Shown: positions 49,579 through 60,755 of the stretch, in pieces | Layout: each line of letters begins with the position of its first letter | Numbering within the stretch: the stretch's first letter is position 1 | DNA from: Trichosphaerium sp. ATCC 40318 | Taxonomy: Eukaryota; Protista; Tubulinea | Assembly: GCA_038496445.1 (NCBI GenBank) | Contig: JALMLS010000204.1 | Location: 124,001 to 188,000, forward strand | Length of the DNA stretch: 64,000 bases | Direction of reading: 5' to 3' | The notes under the pieces: generated by a model | The model's input: only the letters and a program-made list of their open reading frames with translations | The model's database searches: none | Told to the model about the DNA's origin: nothing | Translations under genes and position numbers: made by a program

Positions 49579-50777
49579 TTACTTGTCTGCTGTGCTCGCC
49601 TTCGCTTGAGACTTTCTACGTGTGGTCTTTTTCTTTGGTGGACCAGCTGCTTTCGCTTTACGCCATAGATTATTAAAATACGCTCTACTCGAGTAGTCGT
49701 TATCGTTATCCGACGCCTCAGAAACGATTAAACCTAGAAGCCATGATACAGCAGGGTAATCATTAGCATTTGTAGCATCATAGAAAGGCCAGTGGTTATC
49801 AGGGCTAGCAGAAGGCTCTACAAACAAGACAGTCTTATCCTGACTTAACGCATCGCGGATTTCGTCGATTAAGTATTTTGCGTCTGTGTCCTCAAGCATT
49901 GTGATGTAAGGCAAGTAGAAGTAGTTATAGAAAGCATCTTGCTGATCCCATATGTTACCATCGTCGTCTGCTACCCATCCCTTGAAAATATCTGTTTGTA
50001 CGTAAGGAACGCGTTTTTTAGCAATACTGTTGCTCCAGGCGCTTGTAAGGTCGGTACTGCATGACTTGAAAGCTTTGTAACATTCGAATATTCCCAATAC
50101 TGATGTACTCGTCTTTTCATCCCCATCATACATGTATTTTACTTCAGTAATAGGAAAGCGAGGGTTTAGAGTGACCCATTGACATTTATCTTTCTGGGTT
50201 TCTGCCTTTGGTGTGTTGGTGACTGTCAAGTCTACAATCACTATTTTATCATCGTCTTCATCAGGATCTAAGAGCTAACCATGCGTTAGGAGGTATTTGT
50301 AGTGTTTTAACGACAGGAAAAAATAATTACGAAAAAAGAACCGTTAGAAATTTGAGGTTGGTTCTATGACGCTAAATACACATTCTAGGATAGTGGTAGT
50401 ACCTTTTTAACGCGTTTTACGCCCGAACGTGAGCAAACAGCGATTTTGCAACCGTCTTCGTTTTTAATCCACAAGGGTGTTGCTGGCGTGCTTTTCTTAC
50501 TGCGAGTAGAAGTACGACGAGCGGTTGATCGTACACCAACTAATCGTTTCCGTCTTATTTTAATGCGCACTAGCTCTTCCTGCATCCTCTTGAGCTCTGC
50601 TTTGGCGTATTTGACCCGTTGAAGAGCAGGTGTTTTCCCATTGGTTAAAACATGCGATTGAGTCTCTACAACAACCTTCAATGCCCTTTGTGAGATTTCG
50701 TCGCATTTTAGAATGATTCCCATCAATGATGGTTTATCATACGTAATATCCATCTCATCGCCTGAGCCATTTGACAT
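49579..50777 (-). CDS. Divergent DUF6939-like protein with N-terminal helical/basic extension
   Basis: KIAVCSR...IVIVDLT...WVTLNPRFP...STSVLGIFECYKAF...QQDAFYNYFYLPYITMLE...LIDEIR...KTVLFVE follows the motif order I recall for DUF6939. One intron at about 50270-50402. Confidence 0.6.
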
Positions 50778-50906
50778 TGTTATTAGTGGAATTAATAAAA
50801 AGGTAATACAAAGAAACGCATTGACAACAAAATACAAAAAAAATCATCAAAAATGTGTCACTTTCCCAACAACGTGTGGCGTTACTGCCACAATTTTTGG
50901 ACTCTC

Positions 50907-53098
50907 TTATTTTACATCTGCTTTTTTTACATTTGGTTTCTTTGTTTTTGGAGAAGAAGCCGAAAGTCTCCTCTTGCTCTCCCTCCTGGTTACCTTGGGC
51001 GAAGGTTTTGACGCTGGTTTCTCTTTCTCGTCAATATCCTATTAAAAAAAAAGTGTCAACGGCCTGTGCTGGGAAAGGAAATGTTGAAGAGGTACCATCT
51101 TATCTGGCTTATTTTTATCAACTGGTACGTCTTTTGGTTCATCTGGTGTTGATATAAGAGCTTCAGTAATACCACTCTTTGCAAGACTGCCAATTTTATC
51201 ATAGTACTTCAATACAACCAAACGATGTAATTGCCAATCAGATACTACCTTATTCTTCTTACAATGCTTTTTAACTCTACCCTCAAAATCAATGGTTGGG
51301 TATTTTCGAGATATACGCTGTCTCTTTGCTGGTGGTAGCATAGGCATTACATCTATGGTCTATACACCTCATTAGCTATTGAATAAACCAGAAAAAATCC
51401 GCGTAGAGAAAGCAATAACTACGTGCCTCATCAAATTTTCTCTTAGATTCTTCCAATTCGAACCCTTTGCAAGCTTCCCTCTTCCACCTTATCCAACTAC
51501 ACACTATGTAAGGCCAAAAAAGTAAAAAAAGACAAAATAAAGCCAATAGACTTTGACTTACGGCAATTCATCGCTAATCACATGTTTAAGCTTTTCACCA
51601 TGTTTTCTACCATCTGGAGTGACTTTATCTAGAAGCTTACGAACACTGGCAACCCAATCTGAAACTTTCTTCTTTTGCTTATCCGAGAGTATTGCAACCT
51701 TCTGAGCTTTTTTTGGTATTGGATTTGTAAGTGCTACGCGTAGACAGAGTCAGGTAAACAACTAAACATAACGCTAAAGCTATCGTACCTTGAAAGAATA
51801 TCATGTACTGAACAAGAACATGTTGTCTAAAGTAAGGATCGCGTATTTCAAGATTAATTAGATTAGGACCAGTAAGGAACTTTGTAAAATAAGCCTAAAA
51901 TAAACGTCATCAGCACCTTTAGCTCAGAGAGTAAGTAATAATTATTACCTCGCCGGTTGTAGAAGAGGTGACTTTTACAACGTTATTGTCGTGCTCTGAG
52001 GTAAATGTTTGAAGTATAGTGTTCATCATATCAGCCATAGACTTCCAAGCTTGATCAGAGTCGAAAACAGCCAGAGGATTTTGAACGTATTGTTGTACGC
52101 CCCAAAACGCTTTATAAAATTTTATATCAATAGGATCATCTAATATCGCATTAGTAAGGTCATTGGTAGTGGAGATATTAAAATAAGGACAAGTTTCGAA
52201 AAAAAAAGTTTTGGCGTTTTTGACGTTTCTGGCGCTTACCCATGTTCATTGTGTTTGCTTGATCTTCAAGTGCATCATCAGATATCCGTGTGACGTTACC
52301 AATATTAACTTGGCCCTTTTTATTGAGTCCAGAGACGTTACTGATTGGAAAGATTTTTGCGATTGTTAATAAGATTAGCCCTTTGAATTGTGTATCCTCC
52401 GTCTCTGATAATCGTTTAAACATTGGTAAAAACGCTTTAACAGCGCATGGCGTTAATCTTCTTCGGACTACATCGTCTTCCAGGACAAGGAAGAGCTAGA
52501 AAAGGAGAATTACTTCCGTTGAGACTGACGATTGACATGTTTTTTTCGTTACCTTGCCGAGTTTATCTGTTCTGTTTTGAACTAAAGAAGAATAGGGAGT
52601 AAGTTTGAAAGGTTTTTTTGTTTTTTGTCTTTTTTACCTAGTTCGAACCAATCAGGCGTTTCTTGTATAGATACGGTTGCCAGCATGTCAGCTATAACAT
52701 TTAAGCTGTTTGTTTAATTTATTTGTTTTAAACTAACCTATAAGGAGGAATACAGTCTTGCAGTTTACTATGCGTGTGTCCCCTATCTTGCGCATAGTAA
52801 ATTCAACAGCAAGATCAAGCAATCGGCCAATACTTTGTTTATTTCTTGTATCCTTGTTTCTCTGTCGTCTATTAGGTAACAATAACGTTTTGAAGGCCTT
52901 ACCATTATTTCATCCAACCTCCTACGCAATGCGCTTTGTAACTTGGGGTATAAATTTCTGGACGCAACTTCCTCACACGCTCGCTGTATAGTATCGCAAG
53001 CATCTTCAAAAGATTGCTGGTAGTTGACAAGTATAGCCTGTATTCAGTCAGATACATAGTAGTATGTAATTACGCACCAACAGAGCACTTGTTGTCAT
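50907..53098 (-). CDS. THOC1: THO complex subunit 1 (Hpr1)
   Basis: KRLSETEDTQFKGLILLTIAKIFPISNVSGLNKKGQVNIGNVT, FYKAFWGVQQYVQNP, FTKFLTGPNLINLEIRDPYFRQHVLVQ and WIRWKREAC. Confidence 0.85.
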
Positions 53099-53377
53099 TG
53101 TTGCACTGAAGCTGACTTGATGACAGCTAAAATTAAGGCAGGCTAGATTTGACGCCTTTAACAAACACTTTCAACCATTACATTGATAGTCAGATTTAAT
53201 TTAACGGTCTGGTGACAGTTTATTTTGTATAATTAAATAAACATTTCTACTGTACCATTACGCTCATGTACGTTATTAGTAACCAAAAACAAGGGTTTCT
53301 CCTTTTTAGTCGTTAAATGACGCGTCGCCACGTAACCAAACCACGTCAGAAGAAAATCATTTAAAAGCAACCACACA

Positions 53378-56300
53378 ATGAACACCCACGCAATAGCACT
53401 GTTACTTATCCTCCTCATCGCGTTGAGCCAAGCACAGGATAAAACGTGTACAAAACAAAAAGAAACGAACCTACGAGTTGTATCTGACAATGAACCGTCT
53501 TTTGTGGCCCTCCAGGATGTCCAAGTACAATCATAGATGCCTTACAACCCTAAAATAACGGGCTTTTGAACTGTAGGTGGATGCCAAAATTGTTGACTTT
53601 CTAGCGATCGTAGAAGTCACTCAGACATATGTTAATACGTTGGATACTCCAATAGAAGCAGTTTACGAATTCCCTCTAGATGATAAAGCCGCCATTACAC
53701 AGTTCAAGGTGCTTGCTTGTGCTCTAAAATTAGTACTTTTTTGCTCCACGTGTTTTTTTTTAAATTCTCAACTTAGGCAGAAATGGATGGTAGAGTAATA
53801 CACGGGATTTCAAAGAGGAAGAGTGAAGCAAAAGCCGAGTATGACGCTGCGATTGAACAAAAGCATACAGCGTATTTGATGGAACAAGATACTGATGATA
53901 TATTCCGAATGAACGTTGGTAATTTGCCTGCTGGGAAACAAGTTAAAATTACTGTAACTTATATTACTGAGGTTAACGACATTTGTTTAATTGTAGCTGA
54001 ACTTAACATTGTATAGCTCGCTCTTGAAACGCAAAAGATGAGGTTTGTTCTGCCTACTACGGTCGGTCTTCGTTACGGAAGATCATGCGAGGAACATACA
54101 ACAAGGAGTGATACAGTACCTTATACTGTTAATGTACGTTGCAATTTTTTTTTGTGTTGTTTATTATCAATCAGGTTGGCTTGGATGTTGTAATGTCCTC
54201 AGAAATAGGCGAGGTTGTATCGCCTAGTCACGATATAAAAATAAAGGCCCAAGGAAATACAGCAAGAATAGAGCTCGATAGTCCTTCCTTAACAAACGGA
54301 GATTTGGTAAACAAGTTACACCACTGCTTTATTTTGTTCTTATTCGCTTTTTATAGGTTATTTACATCTCTGTATTGACACCGCACAACATGCGTGCTTG
54401 GATTGAAGAACCAAGTAGTACTTACCCAGATGACGAGGTCAAAGCAGCTCTTCTATCATTGTATCCTAGTCATGAAGAGGTGCTCAGAAATAATCATCTT
54501 CCATCATCAAACTTATGGTTTCTTGTCCTAGATGGCTACCGAATCTTCAAAGGAAAAAGAAATAATCTTCCTATTGGATACATCAGGGAGTATGATGCAC
54601 AACAAGTTTGACGACCTTAAGGTACCGGCTTGCTTGTTAAAAAGTTGTTTTTTTTTTTTCTGGACACGTGTTTTATAGTTCTCACTTTATCCTACAGAGT
54701 GATGAAAGTCGCACTCGATTTCCTCCAAACTGCTAGTATGGCGCGTTGCGAAAGAAAATGGAAGTATAACATTATCACATTCGACTCTCAATACACCAAA
54801 TTATACCCAGAAAGCAAGCAGCTTACTTATGAAAATATCAACCAGGCTATTTCTTTTGTGGAGAAACTCGTAGCAGGTATGTAGTCAGTTACGACTTAGA
54901 ATCATGATAACCGATCTAATAATAACAATAAAGGTGGTGGAACTCATGTGTACGAACCGCTACAGCATATCTTTGAACAAGAAGTTGTACCAACATCAAA
55001 GAATTCAATAATCCTTGTTACTGATGGGCAAGTTATGAATACGGGTAATATCTTTTAGTCTTACATCGTCACATCTCATATTATTCTAGGAGCTGTCCTT
55101 GATCTTGTCAAGCAGAATAGTGATGTATGGAGTGTCTTCAGTATTGGCATTGGTCATGGTGTCTCACATGAGGTAAATTAAATAGCACCTATTTTCTCTT
55201 TTTTTAAAGAACTTGAACTTACTTTGTTCTGTTTTTCTTAGCTTGTTAATGGCGCAGCAACCCAAGGAAATGGTGTGGCTGAGTATATTCTTCCAAATGC
55301 TGAACAAGTTAGACCAAAAATGATTCGTCAGCTTGGACGTGCACTAGGAAGTAGAAAAGTAGAAATAGATTCCATAGACTGGGGTACTGACGCTAAAGTT
55401 AATCAGATACCAGCCAAATTACCTGTCATATACGAGGACACACGTCAATTGGTACGTTTTACTACACATAAGATCATTGTTGGTAGTATCTGAGTGAATT
55501 CCAAGAAGTTCACTTCACTTTTCTTTCGAATTCGCGTTTTTTTCTTACATTCCTTCTTAGGTCTATGGGTTCTTACCTAGAGATGCTGAGTTTGTAAGAC
55601 CTATCAAAGTTACTTTCAAATCAGGACATACAGTAGAGATACCTCAAGAACAAGTGAACACGTTTGAAGAAAACGAGACAACAATGTTGATTCACAAACT
55701 TGCTGCAAGAGAGCTCATACGAGAACTACAATATGGTGAAAGAACATTCAACAAAGAAGAAATAGTAGCTCTTGCTACAAGGTATAACCTCATGTCGTCA
55801 GAAACATCTTTTATAGCAGTCGACTACGAAGCGAAGACGGAAGGAGATATGAAACGAACGGTTGTTCCTACTCTCGATCCTGCTCTTGTGCAGCCCACGA
55901 TTGCCGAATCTGGAGCTGCTCCTACCAGGAAGAAGACTGCATTGAGAATGGAGGCGTCATCTTATGCCATGCACGCAGACGCCGGTCCTTCGTATGCTCA
56001 AGATGAAGCTATCTTGTTGCTTGATGTATCTCCATTATCTGTTGGTGTTGGTGATGTTAAAGGCGTTTTTAGACCTATCGTACTACGGAATTCTATTATA
56101 CCTAACAGAAAGGATGTGACAATGCCTGTTTCACATTTTGAGAGGCAAGGAGATGAGATTATTATAAGGGTATATACAGGAGAGCGAGCAGAATCTAAAT
56201 CGAATGTTGAGATTGGTGAAATCAAGGTCAGATTACCTGACGGATATGATGAGGGTGAAGAAGTTACTATCACTGTTGACATAGATGGTACGATTTCTAC

Positions 56301-56663
56301 CCTGCTTTTACTTCCAATGTCTCTTTATCACGTGATATTTGTCATGTTTTTTTTCGAAAGAAAAATACGATTGAGTGTTTTTTATCAACTTTTTTTGTTC
56401 TCAATTGTTTTCTTTTCTTCTGGTTGCTATTTCATTGAGACCTTTGATTTATATAATAACGTGTACACTGTTCATCTAACTGGTTTTTTGTAGTAAATGG
56501 CATTATTACTGTTACAGCTAGATTAAACAAAAGCGGATTTGAAGTTTCAAAACAGTGTTCTCAACCGAAAAGTCTCAGTAACGAGGATATTGAAATAATG
56601 ATCAAAGAAGCTGAAAAATACCAACAAGAAGACTTACAAATAAGAAAACAAGCTGTTTACTAA
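53378..56663 (+). CDS. Signal-peptide VIT + vWA domain protein (VWA5A/ITIH-like) with C-terminal Hsp70 substrate-binding domain
   Basis: Signal MNTHAIALLLILLIALSQA; VIT (PIEAVYEFPLDDKAAI, FRMNVGNLP); MIDAS LLDTSGSM, GGT, LVTDG; ALATRYNLMSSETSFIAV; then LLLDVSPLSVGV...VYTGER...IDVNGIITVTA...LSNEDIEIMIKEAEKY. Confidence 0.9.
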
Positions 56664-56773
56664 TAAATAATAATGATACTACACTATTTTTTTTTCTCCA
56701 GCAGTGGCTCTAGGCAACTCTGAAAGGAGACGTTTAGGATAAACACCAAAACATCCACTCTTAGCGTGGCGAA

Positions 56774-57111
56774 TTATCAAAGACTGCAGCATGGCCTGCA
56801 TATATTGTTGATGTAAATCTAAATCCTTTGATCATCTATTATTGGTTAATACATAAAAACTATTAGACTAATGGCATACCTTTGAACACTTTAAGAACGA
56901 AATCTTCTTCTAAATCAAAATTGACAGATGGATAAATATCACATTTAGGGCTCCAACTTTGCATGTCTGCAGGTACTAAGTCATTAACTATCATGCTCTT
57001 CCTCTCCCTAAAACTTTACTTTAATACCCACAAACGAACTAACACGTGACAGAGTTTACTGACAACATTGACAACGAAAAAACCCTCGGCCATAGCACTC
57101 TGTGTTGTATA
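56774..57111 (-). pseudogene. Inverted duplicated fragment of the MYND gene (source about 36066-36420), including introns
   Basis: Reverse complement matches 36066-36420 closely, with a small deletion bounded by ATCAA microhomology. Confidence 0.9.
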
Positions 57112-57397
57112 TTGAAACTACCAGTAATTGTTCATGTAGATCCCTTTATCATAAAATAGCTTTAACATTTGATGTCCTTACTCTAGCAATGTAAGTATGT
57201 ACAAGCAGTATTTGTTTTACATCCGTTGACCTCGCTGTAAGTCAGAATCAAGTGATTACTTTCATAGATATTGCATTCATATGCTCGCATATACCAATAC
57301 TAGACCATGTAAGGTATTAACATACTTGTAATCATCAAATTAAGGGCGGTACTGACACGAATAGGGATTTACCTTACAATCACGTGATTGCCATCTA

Positions 57398-58032
57398 TTG
57401 CACCTTCCAGTTGAGATTCAACTTGATATCATCGATTTAGACACTTCAGCGTATGTAATTTGGCCACTTCTTTCAAAACAAGCGGCAGTGACCACAAGAT
57501 ACGATGATGAGATGAACAAGCATGGAAAATGGCAGAGCAGAAAAAACCGCCAATTAGTTCGTCAACAGTATTGGAAACATGGCAAGGAGAATGACGAATG
57601 CCATGTTTGGCATGGTGGACAGCTGTATTTACAATGTAATTATGTTAATGGTAAAGAACATGGAGAGTACAAGAGATGGCATAAGAACGGCCAAATATGG
57701 GAGCAAAGTAATTACATCAATGGTATGACAATGGCCATTTGTGGGAGAGTAGTAATTACGTCAATGGTAAACGAGAAGGAAAGCACAAGATTTGGTATAA
57801 GAATGGGCAATTGAAGGAGCACGGTAATTGTGTTAATGGTAAACGAGAAGGAAAGTACAAAAGGTGGTACTATACTCGCCAATTGTGGGAGCAGGGTAAC
57901 TACATCAATGGTAAACGAGAAGGAGAGTACAAGGTGTGGTACGATAATGGGCAATTACAGAAGCAGAGCAATTATGTCAATGGAAAACAATATGTGTGCA
58001 AAGAGTGGAACAAAAACGGTCAACTTGTATAG
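57398..58032 (+). pseudogene. F-box + MORN-variant repeat gene, frameshifted and intronless
   Basis: HLPVEIQLDIIDL F-box like the 28-29 kb paralogs. There is a frameshift near 57725 where part of a repeat is missing, and no ATG upstream in frame. Confidence 0.75.
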
Positions 58033-58720
58033 CATTATAATTAAGCAAATGGTAAACAACCAATATGGAAAAGATAAAAAGTGAAACATTGGCCAAGAGT
58101 ACAATTACGTCAATGGTGAATTTAATACAATACAACATTTATTACTAAGTTTACCTCACATGCGCTTGACTTTACCATTACCTTTTCAGGCTACACCTTA
58201 ATCTCTTCTATGAAATTATAAAGTGCTTTTTATCAAATGCAATTTTGAGCAGCAACATGTTGCGGTTTAAACTGGTACTTTGTACAACCACTACACTAGT
58301 CGCTTGTACTTTTTGAAACCCATACGTTAAAGTTCCACTGGTACAAGCCACACGTGATGTTATATGAGGGCAGGTACCACGCTTTTAAGCGATACCATTG
58401 AGTATTAGAATTGTAAAATGATGCAATGTAGGTAAAAGTTTACAAACCGGGATTGCCTACCTACCAGCCTTGATCGCGTAATTGGACATGTCAGTATACA
58501 CATTGATGCATCGATTGAGAAAGTGCATAGGATGCAGGATCACGGTAAAACCGCGGAAGTATCCAGTGCGGAAAAATACGGGAAAGGTTGGAGCGAAATA
58601 AAAGTCCTATGTTACGGATTACTCATATTCGTGAGCTCATTTCAACCTTCATGAGATGGTTCATGCGATTGTAACCTAAACATAAAGTCAGCCGGAGTAA
58701 AAAAACACTAAAAATACGGA

Positions 58721-59689
58721 ATGACGACAAGACAACTAGAAGAGGCTATGCATATTCCGATGGAACTATTATTGTACCATATAATCCCTCAAACGGTTAA
58801 TAAGCTAAACGATGTTCTTTCGTTTATTTTAGTATCAAGAGCCATCCACAACGCATTTTGCACCGTAAAATCAGTACTAGAACCATTTTTAAAAATCGTT
58901 AACGCAGAAAGAGCACAATACTTTCTATCATACAAACCAGATCTCTCAAGAGCTCTAGAAGACACTTACGAACCATGGCCTATGCTTTTATTACAACACA
59001 ATACAGATTTATCGCTCTTGAAGGCAATCAAACCATTCTTCATTTCGAACAACGACTCAGGCTTTCCACATGTATCCAAGGTTTCTGCTGGAGACAAAAT
59101 AGGCTTTTTCATTGGGCGCAAAAATTTTGGAGTACAGTCAGGAAACTGGGAAATGAGCGTTGGTCCTTACCATAGTATAGCCGGTTATACAAAGGAAGAG
59201 AGAATAATTCTAACAGAACCACGTGATAATGATCTAAAAAAAGAAAGTAAAGAATATGGAAGGGTTTTATTTTTGAGTGGACTTATTGCTCAGGGGCCAA
59301 TCGAAACGTTTAGTCGTATGAAACATGAACGCCCTCAACACAATGAGTCAGGTTTGACGAAACGTCCCATATTCGGTGATCTAGACCGATTGAAAAACCC
59401 TGCTGAACTGAAGCCTTTAAAATTGAAATACAATGGAGATGAGAAGTTTGAGTTTTCGGGTATGTTCAGTACGTTCTATGATATCTGTTTAGTTGGAGAT
59501 AAACGTAGAAGATGGATGGTCGTAAAAGCTTCTACTTTTGATAGTGGTACTATTAATATTGGTGAAAAAAGCTACGCTGTTGTTAAAGTTGCAAAGGACA
59601 ACTTGGCCTTTGTGTTTAAAACCAAGAATTTGGTATTTACTGCTAGCTTATTCACAAGAGGTATAGTTCAAACGCTTAACAAAGAATAA
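58721..59689 (+). CDS. Intronless hypothetical protein with F-box-like N-terminus
   Basis: 322-aa uninterrupted ORF. MHIPMELLLYHIIP...DVLSFILVSRAIH matches F-box spacing. The remainder is unrecognised. Confidence 0.65.
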   Translation: MTTRQLEEAMHIPMELLLYHIIPQTVNKLNDVLSFILVSRAIHNAFCTVKSVLEPFLKIVNAERAQYFLSYKPDLSRALEDTYEPWPMLLLQHNTDLSLLKAIKPFFISNNDSGFPHVSKVSAGDKIGFFIGRKNFGVQSGNWEMSVGPYHSIAGYTKEERIILTEPRDNDLKKESKEYGRVLFLSGLIAQGPIETFSRMKHERPQHNESGLTKRPIFGDLDRLKNPAELKPLKLKYNGDEKFEFSGMFSTFYDICLVGDKRRRWMVVKASTFDSGTINIGEKSYAVVKVAKDNLAFVFKTKNLVFTASLFTRGIVQTLNKE

Positions 59690-60755
59690 ATATAGCCAAT
59701 ATTGTATTTAATATAGTTGATTAAATGGACAGAAATGAGCACCTTCATCACGTGCCACGGGTCATTCTGCAGTATTTTATTCTTTTTTTTTGACACATTG
59801 CGATAAAGAAGTCTTTCATGTCCCTTTTTTTGACGAACAAAGGCAGTTGGTTGATTTCTGACCGTAGTCACGCCGTGGGTATGGTACAAGGTTTACAACC
59901 ATTTTCCTAAAGTCACACATTACCTCCCAACCGCATGTGACAACGCTCATATGTAAGAGGGAAATTACTCCATGTAAAAGTCAACCTATGTAAAACACCT
60001 AGATAATAAATATTGTGTTCGGAGTGACATCTTTACCTGTTACACATAGCCCTTGCTGCCAGTTCATTGACATCTTTGAAGTTTTATAATTTGTCAAAAT
60101 TGCAGACAGAATTTGTAGAAACTCACTTTCTGGAATAGTAAAACTTGAGTGAGAATACTTTATTACACGTGATAACTATTGATCTTCATCATGAATGCTA
60201 ATTTTGTATTATTACTACATGTCGCTAAGTTACATCTTGATTTGGATTACATACGCGGTCCACAAAAAGTCTGTGAAAGTAAAGGTTATCATTAACTCAA
60301 TGGCGGACTACAAACGTAAACGTACACCAAGGGAAGCAAGAACAACCAGAATAACGAGAAGTACACAAAAGCCGTTGCATTTTACTTTTTTTTTACTGTA
60401 CAGTAGGTATGACACGCAAGCAACAATTACAGAGCATGGAGAGTGCGTGCACCAATATCTTTATAGCAATTGCGCTTTTATTGACCAGTTTGGTTTAAAC
60501 AGGCGATTCAGACGTTAAACCACCAAAAAAACATACACTGTTTAAAAAGCAGCCAAAACGAAAACGTATTGTAACCAAACAAGCGTCTATTTCAAAAAAA
60601 CGCAAAAAACATACACCACGTACTACCTACCACCATAATTTATTCATTTAACGCTCGCAAAGCTGACGAGAATAAAGAAGACTCTTCATTGAGCCAGTAC
60701 GTCCAAATATCCTGCTTGCAAGCCAACTTACAGCACTTGCAGAGCGACACACCCA

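Noticed and set aside
58430-58700. GC-richer intergenic stretch with short stems (CGGT/ACCG, CCGC/GCGG)
   Set aside because: The stems are only 4 bp, with no tRNA, snRNA or snoRNA motifs recognised.
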